DNA of 64,000 bases, taken from contig JADJII010000002.1 of assembly GCA_016707075.1 (NCBI GenBank), positions 261,082-325,081 of the forward strand. Reading direction: 5' to 3'. This stretch comes from Candidatus Egaibacter danicus. GTDB lineage: Bacteria > Pseudomonadota > Gammaproteobacteria > Burkholderiales > Burkholderiaceae_C. Below, in pieces: positions 28,789 to 38,563 of this stretch. Each line of letters starts with the position of its first letter. The first letter of the stretch is position 1. The translations under genes were made by a program, and so were the position numbers. The notes under the pieces are model-generated. The model did no database searches and was not told the DNA's origin. It was given only the letters and a program-made list of their open reading frames with translations.

Positions 28789-31212
28789 ATGAATAGATTT
28801 CAGGTTCGCAAAGTAGCCGTGCTGGGCGCAGGTGTGATGGGCGCGCAGATTGCAGCACATCTGGTCAACGTCAAGGTTTCGGTGGTGCTGTTTGACCTCC
28901 CGGCCAAAGAGGGGCCAAAAAACGGTATCGTCACCAGGGCGATTGAAGGGCTGAAGAAACTCAAGCCTGCGCCGTTGGGTATCCCCGAAGACGCAGCACT
29001 GATTAGCCAGGCCAATTACGAAGAGCATCTGGAACAGCTTCGTGGTTGTGACCTCATCATCGAGGCCATCGCTGAACGCATGGACTGGAAGCTTGATCTC
29101 TACAAAAAGATCGCGCCTTTTGTTGCGCCACATGCCATTGTGGCGTCCAACACTTCAGGCTTGTCCATCACGAAACTCAGCGAGGCATTGCCTGAGGAAA
29201 TCAAGCCTCGTTTCTGCGGCATCCATTTCTTCAACCCCCCACGCTACATGTATCTGGTGGAGTTGATCAATACACCCACGACGTTGCCACACGTACTGGA
29301 TGATCTGGAGGCCTTTGTCACCAGCGGACTTGGCAAAGGTGTCGTGCGTGCGCACGACACGCCCAACTTCATAGCCAACCGGATTGGCATTGCCGGCATG
29401 CTGGCCACGATGAAGCAGGTGGAAAACTTCGGGCTGACCTACGACGTGGTGGATGACCTCACCGGCAAGAAACTGGGTCGCGCCAGCTCCGGCACCTTCC
29501 GCACGGCGGACGTGGTGGGGCTGGACACCATGGCACACGTCATCAAGACCCTGCAGGACAATCTCACACTGGAAACGGACCCGTTCTATGGCAACTTCGC
29601 CACACCGGCTGCACTATCGAAGCTGATGGCTGCGGGCAGCCTGGGCCAAAAGTCGGGCGCCGGTTTTTACAAAAAGGTCGGACGCGATATCCTGCGCTTT
29701 GACCCTTCGGCCAATGACGGCGAGGGCGACTACGTACCCAGTGGTACCAAAGCCAATGAGGTGGTGGGCCGGATGCTGAAGAAGCCTGCAGGTGAGCGGC
29801 TGAATCTGTTGCGTAACGCCGAAGGTGCTGAACCCCGTTTCCTGTGGGCCATTTTGCGCGACCAATTTCACTACGCGGCTGTCCATCTGCACACGGTTGC
29901 CGAGACGGCCAGGGACGTGGATTTTGCGATGCGTTGGGGGTTTGGTTTGAAGCAGGGCCCTTTTGAGTTATGGCAGGAGGCGGGCTGGTTACAGGTAGCC
30001 CAGTGGATTCAGGAAGACATTGATGCCGGCAAGGCACTGTGTAAGGAGCCGCTGCCGCAATGGGTATTCAAGGGGCCGGTGGCGCAAGCCAATGGCGGCG
30101 CAGGCGGTGTGCATACCGAGCAGGGTTCCTGGAGCGCATCGGCCAACCAGTTCATTCCCCGCCGCTTGCTGCCCGTGTATGACCGGCAGCATTTCCCGGA
30201 GAGTGTTCGGGGTGCAAACGCGCCGCAGGCTCAGACCACGGGCAAAACACTGCATGAGGACGATGCCATCCGGCTGTGGACACTGGACGACGAAGTGGTG
30301 ATTGCCAGCATCAAGACCAAGATGCATGCCATCAGCCCGGATGTGGTCGAAGGCTTGATCATGGCGGTGGACATGGCCGAGAAAGATTACAAGGGCCTGG
30401 TGATCTGGTCCCCTGACGACATGTTCTCTGCAGGCGCTGATTTGCAGGCCATGCTGCCAGCCTTCATGATGGTCGGCGTGAGTGCCATTGATGGTGCCGA
30501 GCAGGAAATGCAAAGCAGCATGCTCAGGCTGCGCTACGCGAGTGTGCCCACGGTCTCAGCCATTCGCGGCCTGGCGCTGGGTGGTGGCTGCGAGATGGCG
30601 GTGTACTCAAGCAAACGCGTCGCAGCCATGGAGAGTTACATCGGTCTCGTGGAGGTGGGGGTGGGCCTGGTGCCCGGCTCAGGTGGTTTGACTTACATCG
30701 CCCGGCGCGCGGCGGAGAATGCCGCTACCAGCACCAACAAGGACATTCTGCCCTTCCTCACGGAGGGTTTCACGGCTGCGGCCATGGCCAAGGTGGGTAC
30801 CAGTGCCATCGAGAGCCGCAAGCTGGGTTATCTGCTGGACACGGACGTGATCGTGCCCAACAAGGACGAGTTGCTGTTCGTGGCCATCAATGAAGCCAAG
30901 GCGCTGTTCAATTCGGGCTACCGCGCACCCCACAAGCGCACCTTCGCTGTGGCTGGCCGTAATGGCTGCGCCACCATCAAGGGCTCATTGGTCAATATGC
31001 GCGACGGCGGTTTTATCAGCGAACACGATTTCCATATTGCCAGCCTGATCGCCAACGTGGTGTGTGGCGGCGACGTGGATGCCGGCACGCTGGTGACTGA
31101 GGAGTATGTGATGGCACTGGAGCGCAAGGCGTTTTGCTCGCTGCTGACGCACCCCAAGACCCAGGAACGCATCATGGGAATGATGTCCACCGGCAAGCCC
31201 CTTCGCAACTGA
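28789..31212 (+). CDS. Bifunctional 3-hydroxyacyl-CoA dehydrogenase / enoyl-CoA hydratase (FadB'-type: dehydrogenase N-terminal, crotonase C-terminal)
   Basis: VAVLGAGVMGAQIAAH NAD site, HFFNPPRYM, and a C-terminal crotonase fold (..FSAGADL..ALGGGCEM..). Confidence 0.9.
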   Translation: MNRFQVRKVAVLGAGVMGAQIAAHLVNVKVSVVLFDLPAKEGPKNGIVTRAIEGLKKLKPAPLGIPEDAALISQANYEEHLEQLRGCDLIIEAIAERMDWKLDLYKKIAPFVAPHAIVASNTSGLSITKLSEALPEEIKPRFCGIHFFNPPRYMYLVELINTPTTLPHVLDDLEAFVTSGLGKGVVRAHDTPNFIANRIGIAGMLATMKQVENFGLTYDVVDDLTGKKLGRASSGTFRTADVVGLDTMAHVIKTLQDNLTLETDPFYGNFATPAALSKLMAAGSLGQKSGAGFYKKVGRDILRFDPSANDGEGDYVPSGTKANEVVGRMLKKPAGERLNLLRNAEGAEPRFLWAILRDQFHYAAVHLHTVAETARDVDFAMRWGFGLKQGPFELWQEAGWLQVAQWIQEDIDAGKALCKEPLPQWVFKGPVAQANGGAGGVHTEQGSWSASANQFIPRRLLPVYDRQHFPESVRGANAPQAQTTGKTLHEDDAIRLWTLDDEVVIASIKTKMHAISPDVVEGLIMAVDMAEKDYKGLVIWSPDDMFSAGADLQAMLPAFMMVGVSAIDGAEQEMQSSMLRLRYASVPTVSAIRGLALGGGCEMAVYSSKRVAAMESYIGLVEVGVGLVPGSGGLTYIARRAAENAATSTNKDILPFLTEGFTAAAMAKVGTSAIESRKLGYLLDTDVIVPNKDELLFVAINEAKALFNSGYRAPHKRTFAVAGRNGCATIKGSLVNMRDGGFISEHDFHIASLIANVVCGGDVDAGTLVTEEYVMALERKAFCSLLTHPKTQERIMGMMSTGKPLRN

Positions 31213-31242
31213 ATGCAACTGAACTGACCAGGACAAATCACC

Positions 31243-32439
31243 ATGAAACAAGTTCAAGAAGCCTACATCGTCGCTGCCACGCGTACCCCTATTGGCCGCT
31301 CGCACCGCGGGTTTTTCCGCAACATGCGCCCGGATGATCTGCTGGTCAAAACCCTGCAGGCTGCGCTGGCGCAGGTACCCAGTCTGGACCCGGCAACCAT
31401 CGAAGACCTGATCTGCGGCTGTGCCATTCCCGAGGGGCCGCAGGGTCTGAACGTCGCCCGTATTGGCGCTGTGCTCGCAGGCCTGCCTACCAGCGTAGGT
31501 GGTATTACCGTCAATCGCTTTTGTGCGTCTGGCATCAGTGCCATCCAGATGGCGGCTGACCGGATTCGCGTGGGTGAAGCTGATGTGATGATGGCCGCTG
31601 GCGTGGAGAGCATGAGCATGGTGCCCATGATGGGCAACACGCCGTCGCTGTCGCCAGCCATGTTCAATAACGATGAAAACATTGGTATTGCCTATGGCAT
31701 GGGCCTGACCGCCGAGAAAGTCGCGAACCAGTGGAAAGTCAGCCGTGCCGCACAGGATGAGTTTGCCTACCAGTCGCACATGAAAGCCATCGCCGCCATG
31801 AAGACTGGTGACTTTACTGCCGAGATCACACCGATTGAAGTGACTGAGCGCACGCCAGATATGGAAACCGGCGACGTTTCCACCACCACGCGCACAGTCA
31901 GTCTGGATGAAGGTGCCCGCCCAGACACCACCGTGGAGGGGCTGTCCAAACTCAAAACTGTCTTTGCAGTACGCGGCTCTGTCACAGCGGGTAACAGTTC
32001 GCAAACGTCGGACGGCGCAGGCGCTTTGATTCTGGCCAGCGAAAAAGCGGTGAAGCAATTTGGCCTGAAGCCACTGGCCCGGTTCGTCAGCTTTGCCAGC
32101 AAAGGTGTGCCGCCGCACATCATGGGCATTGGCCCCATTGAAGCCATTCCCGCGGCTCTGCGCTATGCAGGTCTGAAGCAGCAGGATATCGACTGGTTTG
32201 AATTGAACGAAGCCTTTGCGGCTCAGTCGCTGGCGGTCATCAATACTTTGGGGCTGGACCCGACCAAGGTCAATCCCATGGGTGGCGCCATCGCGTTGGG
32301 TCACCCGCTGGGCGCCACCGGTGCTATCCGGTCAGCGACAGTGATTCACGCCTTGCAACGCAAAAATCTGCGGTATGGCATGGTCACGATGTGCGTGGGC
32401 ATGGGGCAAGGCGCAGCAGGTATTTTCGAACGCGTCTGA
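31243..32439 (+). CDS. Acetyl-CoA C-acyltransferase (3-ketoacyl-CoA thiolase)
   Basis: ..VNRFCASGISAI.. (Cys nucleophile), ..NEAFAAQ.., ..GHPLGATG.., ..CVGMGQG... Confidence 0.9.
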   Translation: MKQVQEAYIVAATRTPIGRSHRGFFRNMRPDDLLVKTLQAALAQVPSLDPATIEDLICGCAIPEGPQGLNVARIGAVLAGLPTSVGGITVNRFCASGISAIQMAADRIRVGEADVMMAAGVESMSMVPMMGNTPSLSPAMFNNDENIGIAYGMGLTAEKVANQWKVSRAAQDEFAYQSHMKAIAAMKTGDFTAEITPIEVTERTPDMETGDVSTTTRTVSLDEGARPDTTVEGLSKLKTVFAVRGSVTAGNSSQTSDGAGALILASEKAVKQFGLKPLARFVSFASKGVPPHIMGIGPIEAIPAALRYAGLKQQDIDWFELNEAFAAQSLAVINTLGLDPTKVNPMGGAIALGHPLGATGAIRSATVIHALQRKNLRYGMVTMCVGMGQGAAGIFERV

Positions 32440-32497
32440 TCCCTCTGGCAACGAAGGCCACCGCAGAGTGGTCATTTGTTCTATTCAGGAGATGAGC

Positions 32498-33373
32498 ATG
32501 ATGGCTTTGACAATTCAGGCATCCGGAGGTGTATCCATCGCAATGCGGGTTTATGAGCCGGACAGCCCTGACCGGGGCAGTGTGGTCATTGGTGGCGCCA
32601 TGGGTGTGCGCCAGGATTTTTATGCACCGTTTGCGCAGTGGCTGAGCAGGCAGGGCTGGCGTGTCGCCACGTTTGACTACCGGGGCTCCGGTGACTCCGC
32701 TCCCAACACTCACAACGGCAGCCTGCGCGGCTTCAAGGCTGACCTGTTCGACTGGACGCGTGATTACGAGGCTGTGATCGATCACGCACACGCCTTGCTG
32801 CCGCAGCCGCCTCTCTATTTGCTGGGCCACAGTCTGGGCGCGCAGCTGCCTGGGCTGATCAATAACCAGCACAAGGTCAGTGGCCTGCTCAGCGTCGCCG
32901 CTGGCAGCGGCTACTGGCGCGAGAACGCGCCCCAGCTCAAGCGCATCGTTCCGTATTTCTGGTTCTTCCTGGTGCCGCTGGCGACCCGTCTTTGCGGGTA
33001 CTTCCCGGGTCGCAGACTGAAGAAAGTGGGGGACCTGCCAGCGGGTGTCATCATGCAGTGGCGCAAGTGGTGCCTCAACCCGCGCTATAGCGTAGGTGCT
33101 GAGGGTGAAACCGTTCGCCTGCGATATGCCAATGTGACGTTCCCGGTGCTGGCACTGTCAATCACCGACGACGAACTCATGACCCTGCGCGGCACGCACA
33201 GCCTGATCAATCTTTACGAAAATGCACCGCGGGAAGTTCAGTGCATTGCCCCGGCAGACCTCGCTGTGCGACGCATCGGCCATTTCGGACCGTTCCGGCG
33301 TGAACACGAAGCCCTGCTGTGGCCCCGCATCGGCCAGTGGCTCACGAGCCTGGTCCGTCCGGTGACCGCATGA
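32498..33373 (+). CDS. Alpha/beta-fold hydrolase
   Basis: Nucleophile elbow GHSLGA. Start chosen at ATG 32498, after AGGAG. Confidence 0.65.
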   Translation: MMALTIQASGGVSIAMRVYEPDSPDRGSVVIGGAMGVRQDFYAPFAQWLSRQGWRVATFDYRGSGDSAPNTHNGSLRGFKADLFDWTRDYEAVIDHAHALLPQPPLYLLGHSLGAQLPGLINNQHKVSGLLSVAAGSGYWRENAPQLKRIVPYFWFFLVPLATRLCGYFPGRRLKKVGDLPAGVIMQWRKWCLNPRYSVGAEGETVRLRYANVTFPVLALSITDDELMTLRGTHSLINLYENAPREVQCIAPADLAVRRIGHFGPFRREHEALLWPRIGQWLTSLVRPVTA

Positions 33374-33407
33374 AGTTGCATCAGGTCGTGGAATACAAGT
33401 AGTGAAC

Positions 33408-34142
33408 ATGAACAAGGTTGCATTGGTTATCGGCGCGGGTGATGCCACGGGCGGCGCCATTGCACGGCGTTTCGCACGTGGGGGCTACACCGCCTGCGCG
33501 ACACGCCGCAGCCTGGACAAGCTGCAGCCTCTGCTGGAACAAATCAGGACCGATGGCGGCACGGCATACGGCTTTGCGTCGGACGCCCGCAAGGAAGAGG
33601 AAGTGGTGGCCTTGATTGAGCAGATTGAAGCCACCATCGGCCCCATCGAAGTGCTGGTGTTCAACATTGGCGCCAACGCGCCCAGCAGCATTCTGGAAGA
33701 GACTGCGCGCAAGTACTTCAAAATCTGGGAGATGGCCTGCTTCAGCGGCTTTCTCAACGGGCGTGAAGTGGGCAGGCGCATGGTCACGCGCGCCGCGCCA
33801 AATCGTCCGCAAACCATCATCTTTACCGGGGCAACTGCGTCGTTGCGGGGAGGCGCCAATTTTGGGGCCTTTGCAGGTGCCAAACACGCACTGCGGGCTC
33901 TTGCGCAAAGCATGGCACGGGAACTTGGGCCAAGGGGCATCCATGTGGCACACAGCATCATCGATGGGGCCATTGATACGGAATTCATCCGCGACAATTT
34001 TCCCGAGCGATACGCGCTGAAGGCGCAGGACGGCATCCTTAACCCGGATCACATTGCTGACCAATACTGGATGCTGCACACCCAACCGCGTGACGCCTGG
34101 ACGCATGAGCTGGATCTGCGCCCCTATATGGAGAAGTTCTGA
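33408..34142 (+). CDS. SDR-family oxidoreductase
   Basis: VIGAGDATGGAIARRFA and a Y/K region ..FAGAKHALRAL... Confidence 0.8.
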   Translation: MNKVALVIGAGDATGGAIARRFARGGYTACATRRSLDKLQPLLEQIRTDGGTAYGFASDARKEEEVVALIEQIEATIGPIEVLVFNIGANAPSSILEETARKYFKIWEMACFSGFLNGREVGRRMVTRAAPNRPQTIIFTGATASLRGGANFGAFAGAKHALRALAQSMARELGPRGIHVAHSIIDGAIDTEFIRDNFPERYALKAQDGILNPDHIADQYWMLHTQPRDAWTHELDLRPYMEKF

Positions 34143-34735
34143 TGACCAAATCTGTGGATTTCTATTTCGACTTTGGCAGCCCCGCGGCTTACTTGGCCTA
34201 TACCCAGCTTTCCCGATTGACCAGCGATACCGGTGCGACGGTGGTCATGAAACCCATTTTGCTGGGTGGCATCTTTCAGGCGTCGGGCAACCGCCCGCCG
34301 GCCAGCGTGCCACTCAAGGGAAGTTATCTGTTCAAAGACATGAGTCGCTTTGCCCGGCGCTATGGCGTGCCGCTAAACATGAACCCGTTTTTCCCCATCA
34401 TCACCACTACGCTGATGCGCATGGACCTGGGTCTTCACCTGCGCAATGATCAATCCTTGAAGCATTTCCGCGATACCGTGTTTCAGGCCATCTGGGTTGA
34501 CGAACGCAACCTGAACGATCCCGTCACTGCGGGCGCTGTTTTGACAGAGGCCGGGTTCGACCCGACGGCTCTGCTGGCATTGGCTTCCGAACAGACTATC
34601 AAGGACGAACTGAAAACTGTCACGCTGGCCGCTGTGGAGCGCGGTGTGTTTGGCGCGCCCACTTTTTTTGTAGGCAACGAGATGTTTTGGGGCCAGGACC
34701 GGCTCGATTTTGTGCGTGACGCACTGACCAACTGA
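34142..34735 (+). CDS. DsbA-fold 2-hydroxychromene-2-carboxylate isomerase family protein
   Basis: DFYFDFGSPAAYLA.., ..GVFGAPTFFVGNEMFWGQDRL... Confidence 0.8.
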   Translation: MTKSVDFYFDFGSPAAYLAYTQLSRLTSDTGATVVMKPILLGGIFQASGNRPPASVPLKGSYLFKDMSRFARRYGVPLNMNPFFPIITTTLMRMDLGLHLRNDQSLKHFRDTVFQAIWVDERNLNDPVTAGAVLTEAGFDPTALLALASEQTIKDELKTVTLAAVERGVFGAPTFFVGNEMFWGQDRLDFVRDALTN

Positions 34736-34746
34736 AGACAACAACC

Positions 34747-35511
34747 ATGACCGATATCCTGATCGACACCACCAACGGCGTCATGACCATCACGCTGAAC
34801 CGGGTGGACAAAAAGAACTCCATCACCGCCGACATGTACGCCAGCATGGCAGACGGGCTGGCCGCTGCCGAGGCTGACGCCGCCGTGCGCGTTGTCGTGT
34901 TCCAGGGCCACGAAACCATCTTCAGTGCTGGTAACGACATTGGCGACTTTCTGAATGCCAAGCCTTCTGCCGGCGACGCGCCGGTGTTCCGCTTTCTGCG
35001 CGGTATTGCTACGTTTCCCAAACCGCTGGTGGCAGCAGTCTGCGGCCCGGCTGTCGGTGTCGGCACGACGATGCTGTTTCATTGCGATCTGGTGTATGCG
35101 GGCGACAACGCGGCGTTCTCCATGCCGTTTGTGAACCTGGGTCTGTGCCCGGAAGCTGGCTCCAGCCTGCTGGTGCCGCAAATGATGGGTTATCACCGCG
35201 CAGCCGAGGCGTTGCTGCTGGGCGAACCCTTCCTGGCCGAAGCGGCGCTGGAAGTAGGCCTGGTGAACCGCGTGGTGCCACCGACCGAGGCCAACGCCGT
35301 GGCGCAGGCGCAGGCACGCAAGCTGGCTGCCAAGCCCCTGAGTTCGTTGATCGAAACCAAGCGCTTGATGAAAAAAGGTCAGTCAGCGCAGGTGCTGGCG
35401 CAAATCGGGGAAGAGGCCGTCAGTTTCGGGCGCATGCTGCGCGAGCCTGCGGCGCGTGAGGCTTTCACTGCGTTCATGGAAAAACGGCGACCGGATTTCT
35501 CCGGTGTTTGA
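34747..35511 (+). CDS. Enoyl-CoA hydratase/isomerase
   Basis: Crotonase signature ..FSAGNDI.., ..AAVCGPAVGVGTT.., ..PEAGSS... Confidence 0.85.
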   Translation: MTDILIDTTNGVMTITLNRVDKKNSITADMYASMADGLAAAEADAAVRVVVFQGHETIFSAGNDIGDFLNAKPSAGDAPVFRFLRGIATFPKPLVAAVCGPAVGVGTTMLFHCDLVYAGDNAAFSMPFVNLGLCPEAGSSLLVPQMMGYHRAAEALLLGEPFLAEAALEVGLVNRVVPPTEANAVAQAQARKLAAKPLSSLIETKRLMKKGQSAQVLAQIGEEAVSFGRMLREPAAREAFTAFMEKRRPDFSGV

Positions 35512-35585
35512 TGCCTTTTTCTGCCTTTAGCCCTTGCTGGATATGCGCAAGTAGCTATTAAAACAGTAGCTACTTACTACGCAAT
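35511..35585 (+). repeat. Dispersed AT-rich repeat, copy B (intergenic)
   Basis: cctttagcccttgctggatatgcgcaagtagctattaaaacagtagctac, with an internal GTAGCTA/TAGCTAC stem. Starts at the stop codon of the hydratase gene. Confidence 0.7.
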
Positions 35586-35586
35586 T

Positions 35587-36177
35587 CTATTTGCGTAACT
35601 CAGGTGACTCACCCAGTACGGTGACCAGTCGGGACAACGCATCGTTGGATGCACGCACGGCGGCCAGCGAGAAGTTGCTCTTGAATTCGTCAAATTCGGC
35701 CTTGCCATTGCCAGTCACGCTGAAGCTGCGCACCGGCTTGCCTGCGGCGTCGGTGACTGTGCAGGCCAACGTCACGGAAAACTGGGTTGGAGGCCAGGTG
35801 AAGGGGCTGGGTGAAGCCGACGTGGTGGTGATTTCAGGCACGATCAAAAGAGAGATACCGCTTGTGCGCAAGCTCTCCAGATCTTTCGGGTCCTTGACCT
35901 TGGAGACGCTACGGAACACCTCGGTCAACGCCTTGTAAATGCCGGGCTCCAGATCGCGGTAGGGAAAGTAACGAACCTTGTCGCCGCCGCCACCTGGCGT
36001 GGTGACCTCCTGGGCTTTGCTGGCGTCGGAGATGTGAAACCCCACCTGTTTGTCGATCAGCGGACTGCCTTTGGCTTGAATGGTTGCCAGGTCGGGGTTC
36101 AAGGTAATCGGGTGTGCACATCCGAACAGGGCGATACAGGCCAGGCTGGCCAGCAGGAGTTTGGCTACTTGTTTCAT
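35587..36177 (-). CDS. Lipoprotein of unknown function
   Basis: Signal peptide with lipobox LFG-C (MKQVAKLLLASLACIALFGCAHP). Confidence 0.6.
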   Translation of the reverse strand: MKQVAKLLLASLACIALFGCAHPITLNPDLATIQAKGSPLIDKQVGFHISDASKAQEVTTPGGGGDKVRYFPYRDLEPGIYKALTEVFRSVSKVKDPKDLESLRTSGISLLIVPEITTTSASPSPFTWPPTQFSVTLACTVTDAAGKPVRSFSVTGNGKAEFDEFKSNFSLAAVRASNDALSRLVTVLGESPELRK

Positions 36178-36196
36178 GGTGATCGTGGTGTTGAAA

Positions 36197-36775
36197 TCAG
36201 TTGCGCAATGACTGGATAAATTCCGGATCAGCGAGCAGTGAACCGATCAGCTTTTGCACCATCACCGGATAGTTGTTGGCAGCCAATGGAATCGCCACGG
36301 CGCCAGCAAAAGAGCTCTCCCATTTGTGTTCGATGCGTTTGACCTTGTCGAAACGAACCTGCCCACCACGTTTCACAACAAAGCGTGCTTCAATTTGCCC
36401 TTCGTTGGAAGAGATGCCGCCTGCATCAATGTTGTTGCGCAGCAATGCGCCCGAAATCTCAAGACCTGATTGCGCATCGAACAGCTTGGCCAGTTCCAGT
36501 TCCTGGCGCAACGCCATTGCAATGTAGTCTCCAAAGTTTGCACCCACCGGTGACACCATCGCATTGGCGCGCAGGCTGAGAATTTTGCCGCCCGGCAAGT
36601 CCGCCGCTACGGTGACGGTGCCGATGTTTGATGGCGCGATGCCTGACTTCTTGAATGCTTCAACGTTGTCGATGGAGGGTGCGTAGTTGGGCGCAGGGCC
36701 AGCGCAACCCGCAATAAACAGGGAGGCCAAAAGCATGAACACTAGCCGGGTAGCGCGGGAAATCGGGAGCATCAC
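36197..36775 (-). CDS. Lipoprotein of unknown function
   Basis: Lipobox IAG-C (..MLLASLFIAGCAGP). In tandem with the previous lipoprotein gene. Confidence 0.6.
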   Translation of the reverse strand: MMLPISRATRLVFMLLASLFIAGCAGPAPNYAPSIDNVEAFKKSGIAPSNIGTVTVAADLPGGKILSLRANAMVSPVGANFGDYIAMALRQELELAKLFDAQSGLEISGALLRNNIDAGGISSNEGQIEARFVVKRGGQVRFDKVKRIEHKWESSFAGAVAIPLAANNYPVMVQKLIGSLLADPEFIQSLRN

Positions 36776-37006
36776 AGGGAAGTTCCTTGAAAAGAATGAT
36801 TGGCAGGGGCCGTAAAAACGACTTAGTGTACATAGGCAGCCGATGGCCGGGCTCTCTGTATGGGCGTGGTTTGCGTTAAGTCAATCATTGGCCTCAGGCT
36901 ATGTGAATTCCTGGAATCCGGCGGTTGGCCGGCAGCATATGCAGCACTGGCTTTTCACCAAGCAGCCGCTTGCTAAAAATACCTGAATTTGTTATGGTCA
37001 GACGCC

Positions 37007-37663
37007 ATGACAATCGCCGCCGAACCTGTTACCCAGGATAAACGCCCTCGTGGCAGACCACGCAAAACGATGGGCGAACGTGACGACGGCAACCGTCGTC
37101 ACCAGTTGCTGCAATGCGCCGCCAGACTGTTTCGCCGCAAGGGCTTTGACGCGACCACCACGCGTGACATTGCGGCAGCGGTAGGCATGCACAGTGGCTC
37201 ACCGTTTTACCATTTCAAGAGCAAAAGCGACCTGCTTTATGCCGTGATGGAAGAGGGCATGCGATCAGCGCTGGAGCGGCAGAAAAAGGCGATGCTGGCC
37301 ATTGCTGCCGACCATGCCACAGAACCGCTGGCGAGAATGCGTTTGCTGGTGCGCGCACATTTCGACGTGCTGCTGGGCCCCGGCAATGATTTCATCCCTG
37401 TCATGCTGTACGAGTCGCGCGCGCTCAATGCCCGTCAGCGCAGCGCGTTGGCCAAACTTCAGAGCGCCTACGAATCAGCCTGGATCCCGGTTCTGGATGA
37501 GCTGCATGTCAGCAGACGGCTTAAAGCGCCCGTGGGGCTGGCCCGGCTGTTGATTCTGGGGGCGCTTAACTGGTCAGTGCAGTGGTTCGACAGAAAGAAG
37601 GCAGCGTCGCTGGATGATCTGACTGATGCCGCCATGGTCTTGTTTTTTCCGGAGGCAGGATGA
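37007..37663 (+). CDS. TetR-family regulator
   Basis: HTH ..GFDATTTRDIAAAVGMHSGSPFYHFKSKSDLL... Its stop overlaps the next start (ATGA). Confidence 0.8.
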   Translation: MTIAAEPVTQDKRPRGRPRKTMGERDDGNRRHQLLQCAARLFRRKGFDATTTRDIAAAVGMHSGSPFYHFKSKSDLLYAVMEEGMRSALERQKKAMLAIAADHATEPLARMRLLVRAHFDVLLGPGNDFIPVMLYESRALNARQRSALAKLQSAYESAWIPVLDELHVSRRLKAPVGLARLLILGALNWSVQWFDRKKAASLDDLTDAAMVLFFPEAG

Positions 37664-38547
37664 CGACGTATGGTTCTGTTTTTACGCCAGGGTTGATGGC
37701 TGGCAAGGTGATGGTGGTTACCGGTGGCGGCTCGGGCATTGGCCGCTGCGTGGCGCACGAACTGAGCGCACTGGGTGCTCAGGTGGTGCTGGTGGGGCGC
37801 AATGTTGAGAAGCTGAAAACCGTTCGGGAAGAGATCACGCAAGACGGTGGCACAGCCAGTTTTCAGGTGTGTGACATACGGCAGGAAGACGTTGTGAAAC
37901 AGACAGTGGCTGCCATCGTGGCCGCGCAAGGTCGTGTGGACGGGTTGGTGAACAACGCGGGCGGCCAGTACATCACGCCGCTGGAATCCATCAGCGCCAA
38001 AGGCTGGCAAGCGGTCATTGATACCAATCTGACCGGTGGTTTCCTGATGGCCCGCGAGTGTTACTTGCAATCCATGCAGCAGAGCGGGGGCAGCATCGTC
38101 AACATCGTGGCCGACATGTGGGGCTCCATGCCTGGCATGGGACACAGTGGGGCCGCGCGGGCCGGTATGGTGAGTTTCACGGAGACGGCCGCCGTGGAAT
38201 GGGCACACAGCGGCGTGCGCGTGAACGCCGTGGCACCAGGCTACATCGCGTCCAGCGGCATGGATCATTACCCGCCCGAGATGGGCCCGATGTTTCGCGA
38301 GATGGCCAAGACCGTGCCACTGGGCCGCTTTGGCACCGAGGCTGAAACGTCTGCTGGCATCGTGTTCCTGCTCAGCCCGGCGGCGACCTTCATCACCGGC
38401 AGCACGTTGCGGATTGATGGTGCGCGGCCACAGGTACGCATGGGCTGGCCCATGAAGATCGCCCAACTGGATGCGCAGCAGCGCGAGGCTATCCAGCCTT
38501 TCAACGGGTTCCACCGCGCTGTCGTCCCCAAGGTCTTGTCTGTTTGA
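37660..38547 (+). CDS. SDR-family oxidoreductase
   Basis: VTGGGSGIGRCVA, NNAGG, and ..GHSGAARAG... Confidence 0.85.
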   Translation: MTTYGSVFTPGLMAGKVMVVTGGGSGIGRCVAHELSALGAQVVLVGRNVEKLKTVREEITQDGGTASFQVCDIRQEDVVKQTVAAIVAAQGRVDGLVNNAGGQYITPLESISAKGWQAVIDTNLTGGFLMARECYLQSMQQSGGSIVNIVADMWGSMPGMGHSGAARAGMVSFTETAAVEWAHSGVRVNAVAPGYIASSGMDHYPPEMGPMFREMAKTVPLGRFGTEAETSAGIVFLLSPAATFITGSTLRIDGARPQVRMGWPMKIAQLDAQQREAIQPFNGFHRAVVPKVLSV

Positions 38548-38563
38548 AGGTCAACAGTTCACC

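Noticed and set aside
26512-32304. Long minus-strand ORFs (26512..27363, 27430..28581, 28043..28759, 30985..32304) opposite the acyl-CoA dehydrogenase, FadB' and thiolase genes
   Set aside because: The plus-strand genes have unmistakable family motifs. The antisense translations are Arg/Gly/His-rich and carry no motifs, which is the usual high-GC artefact.
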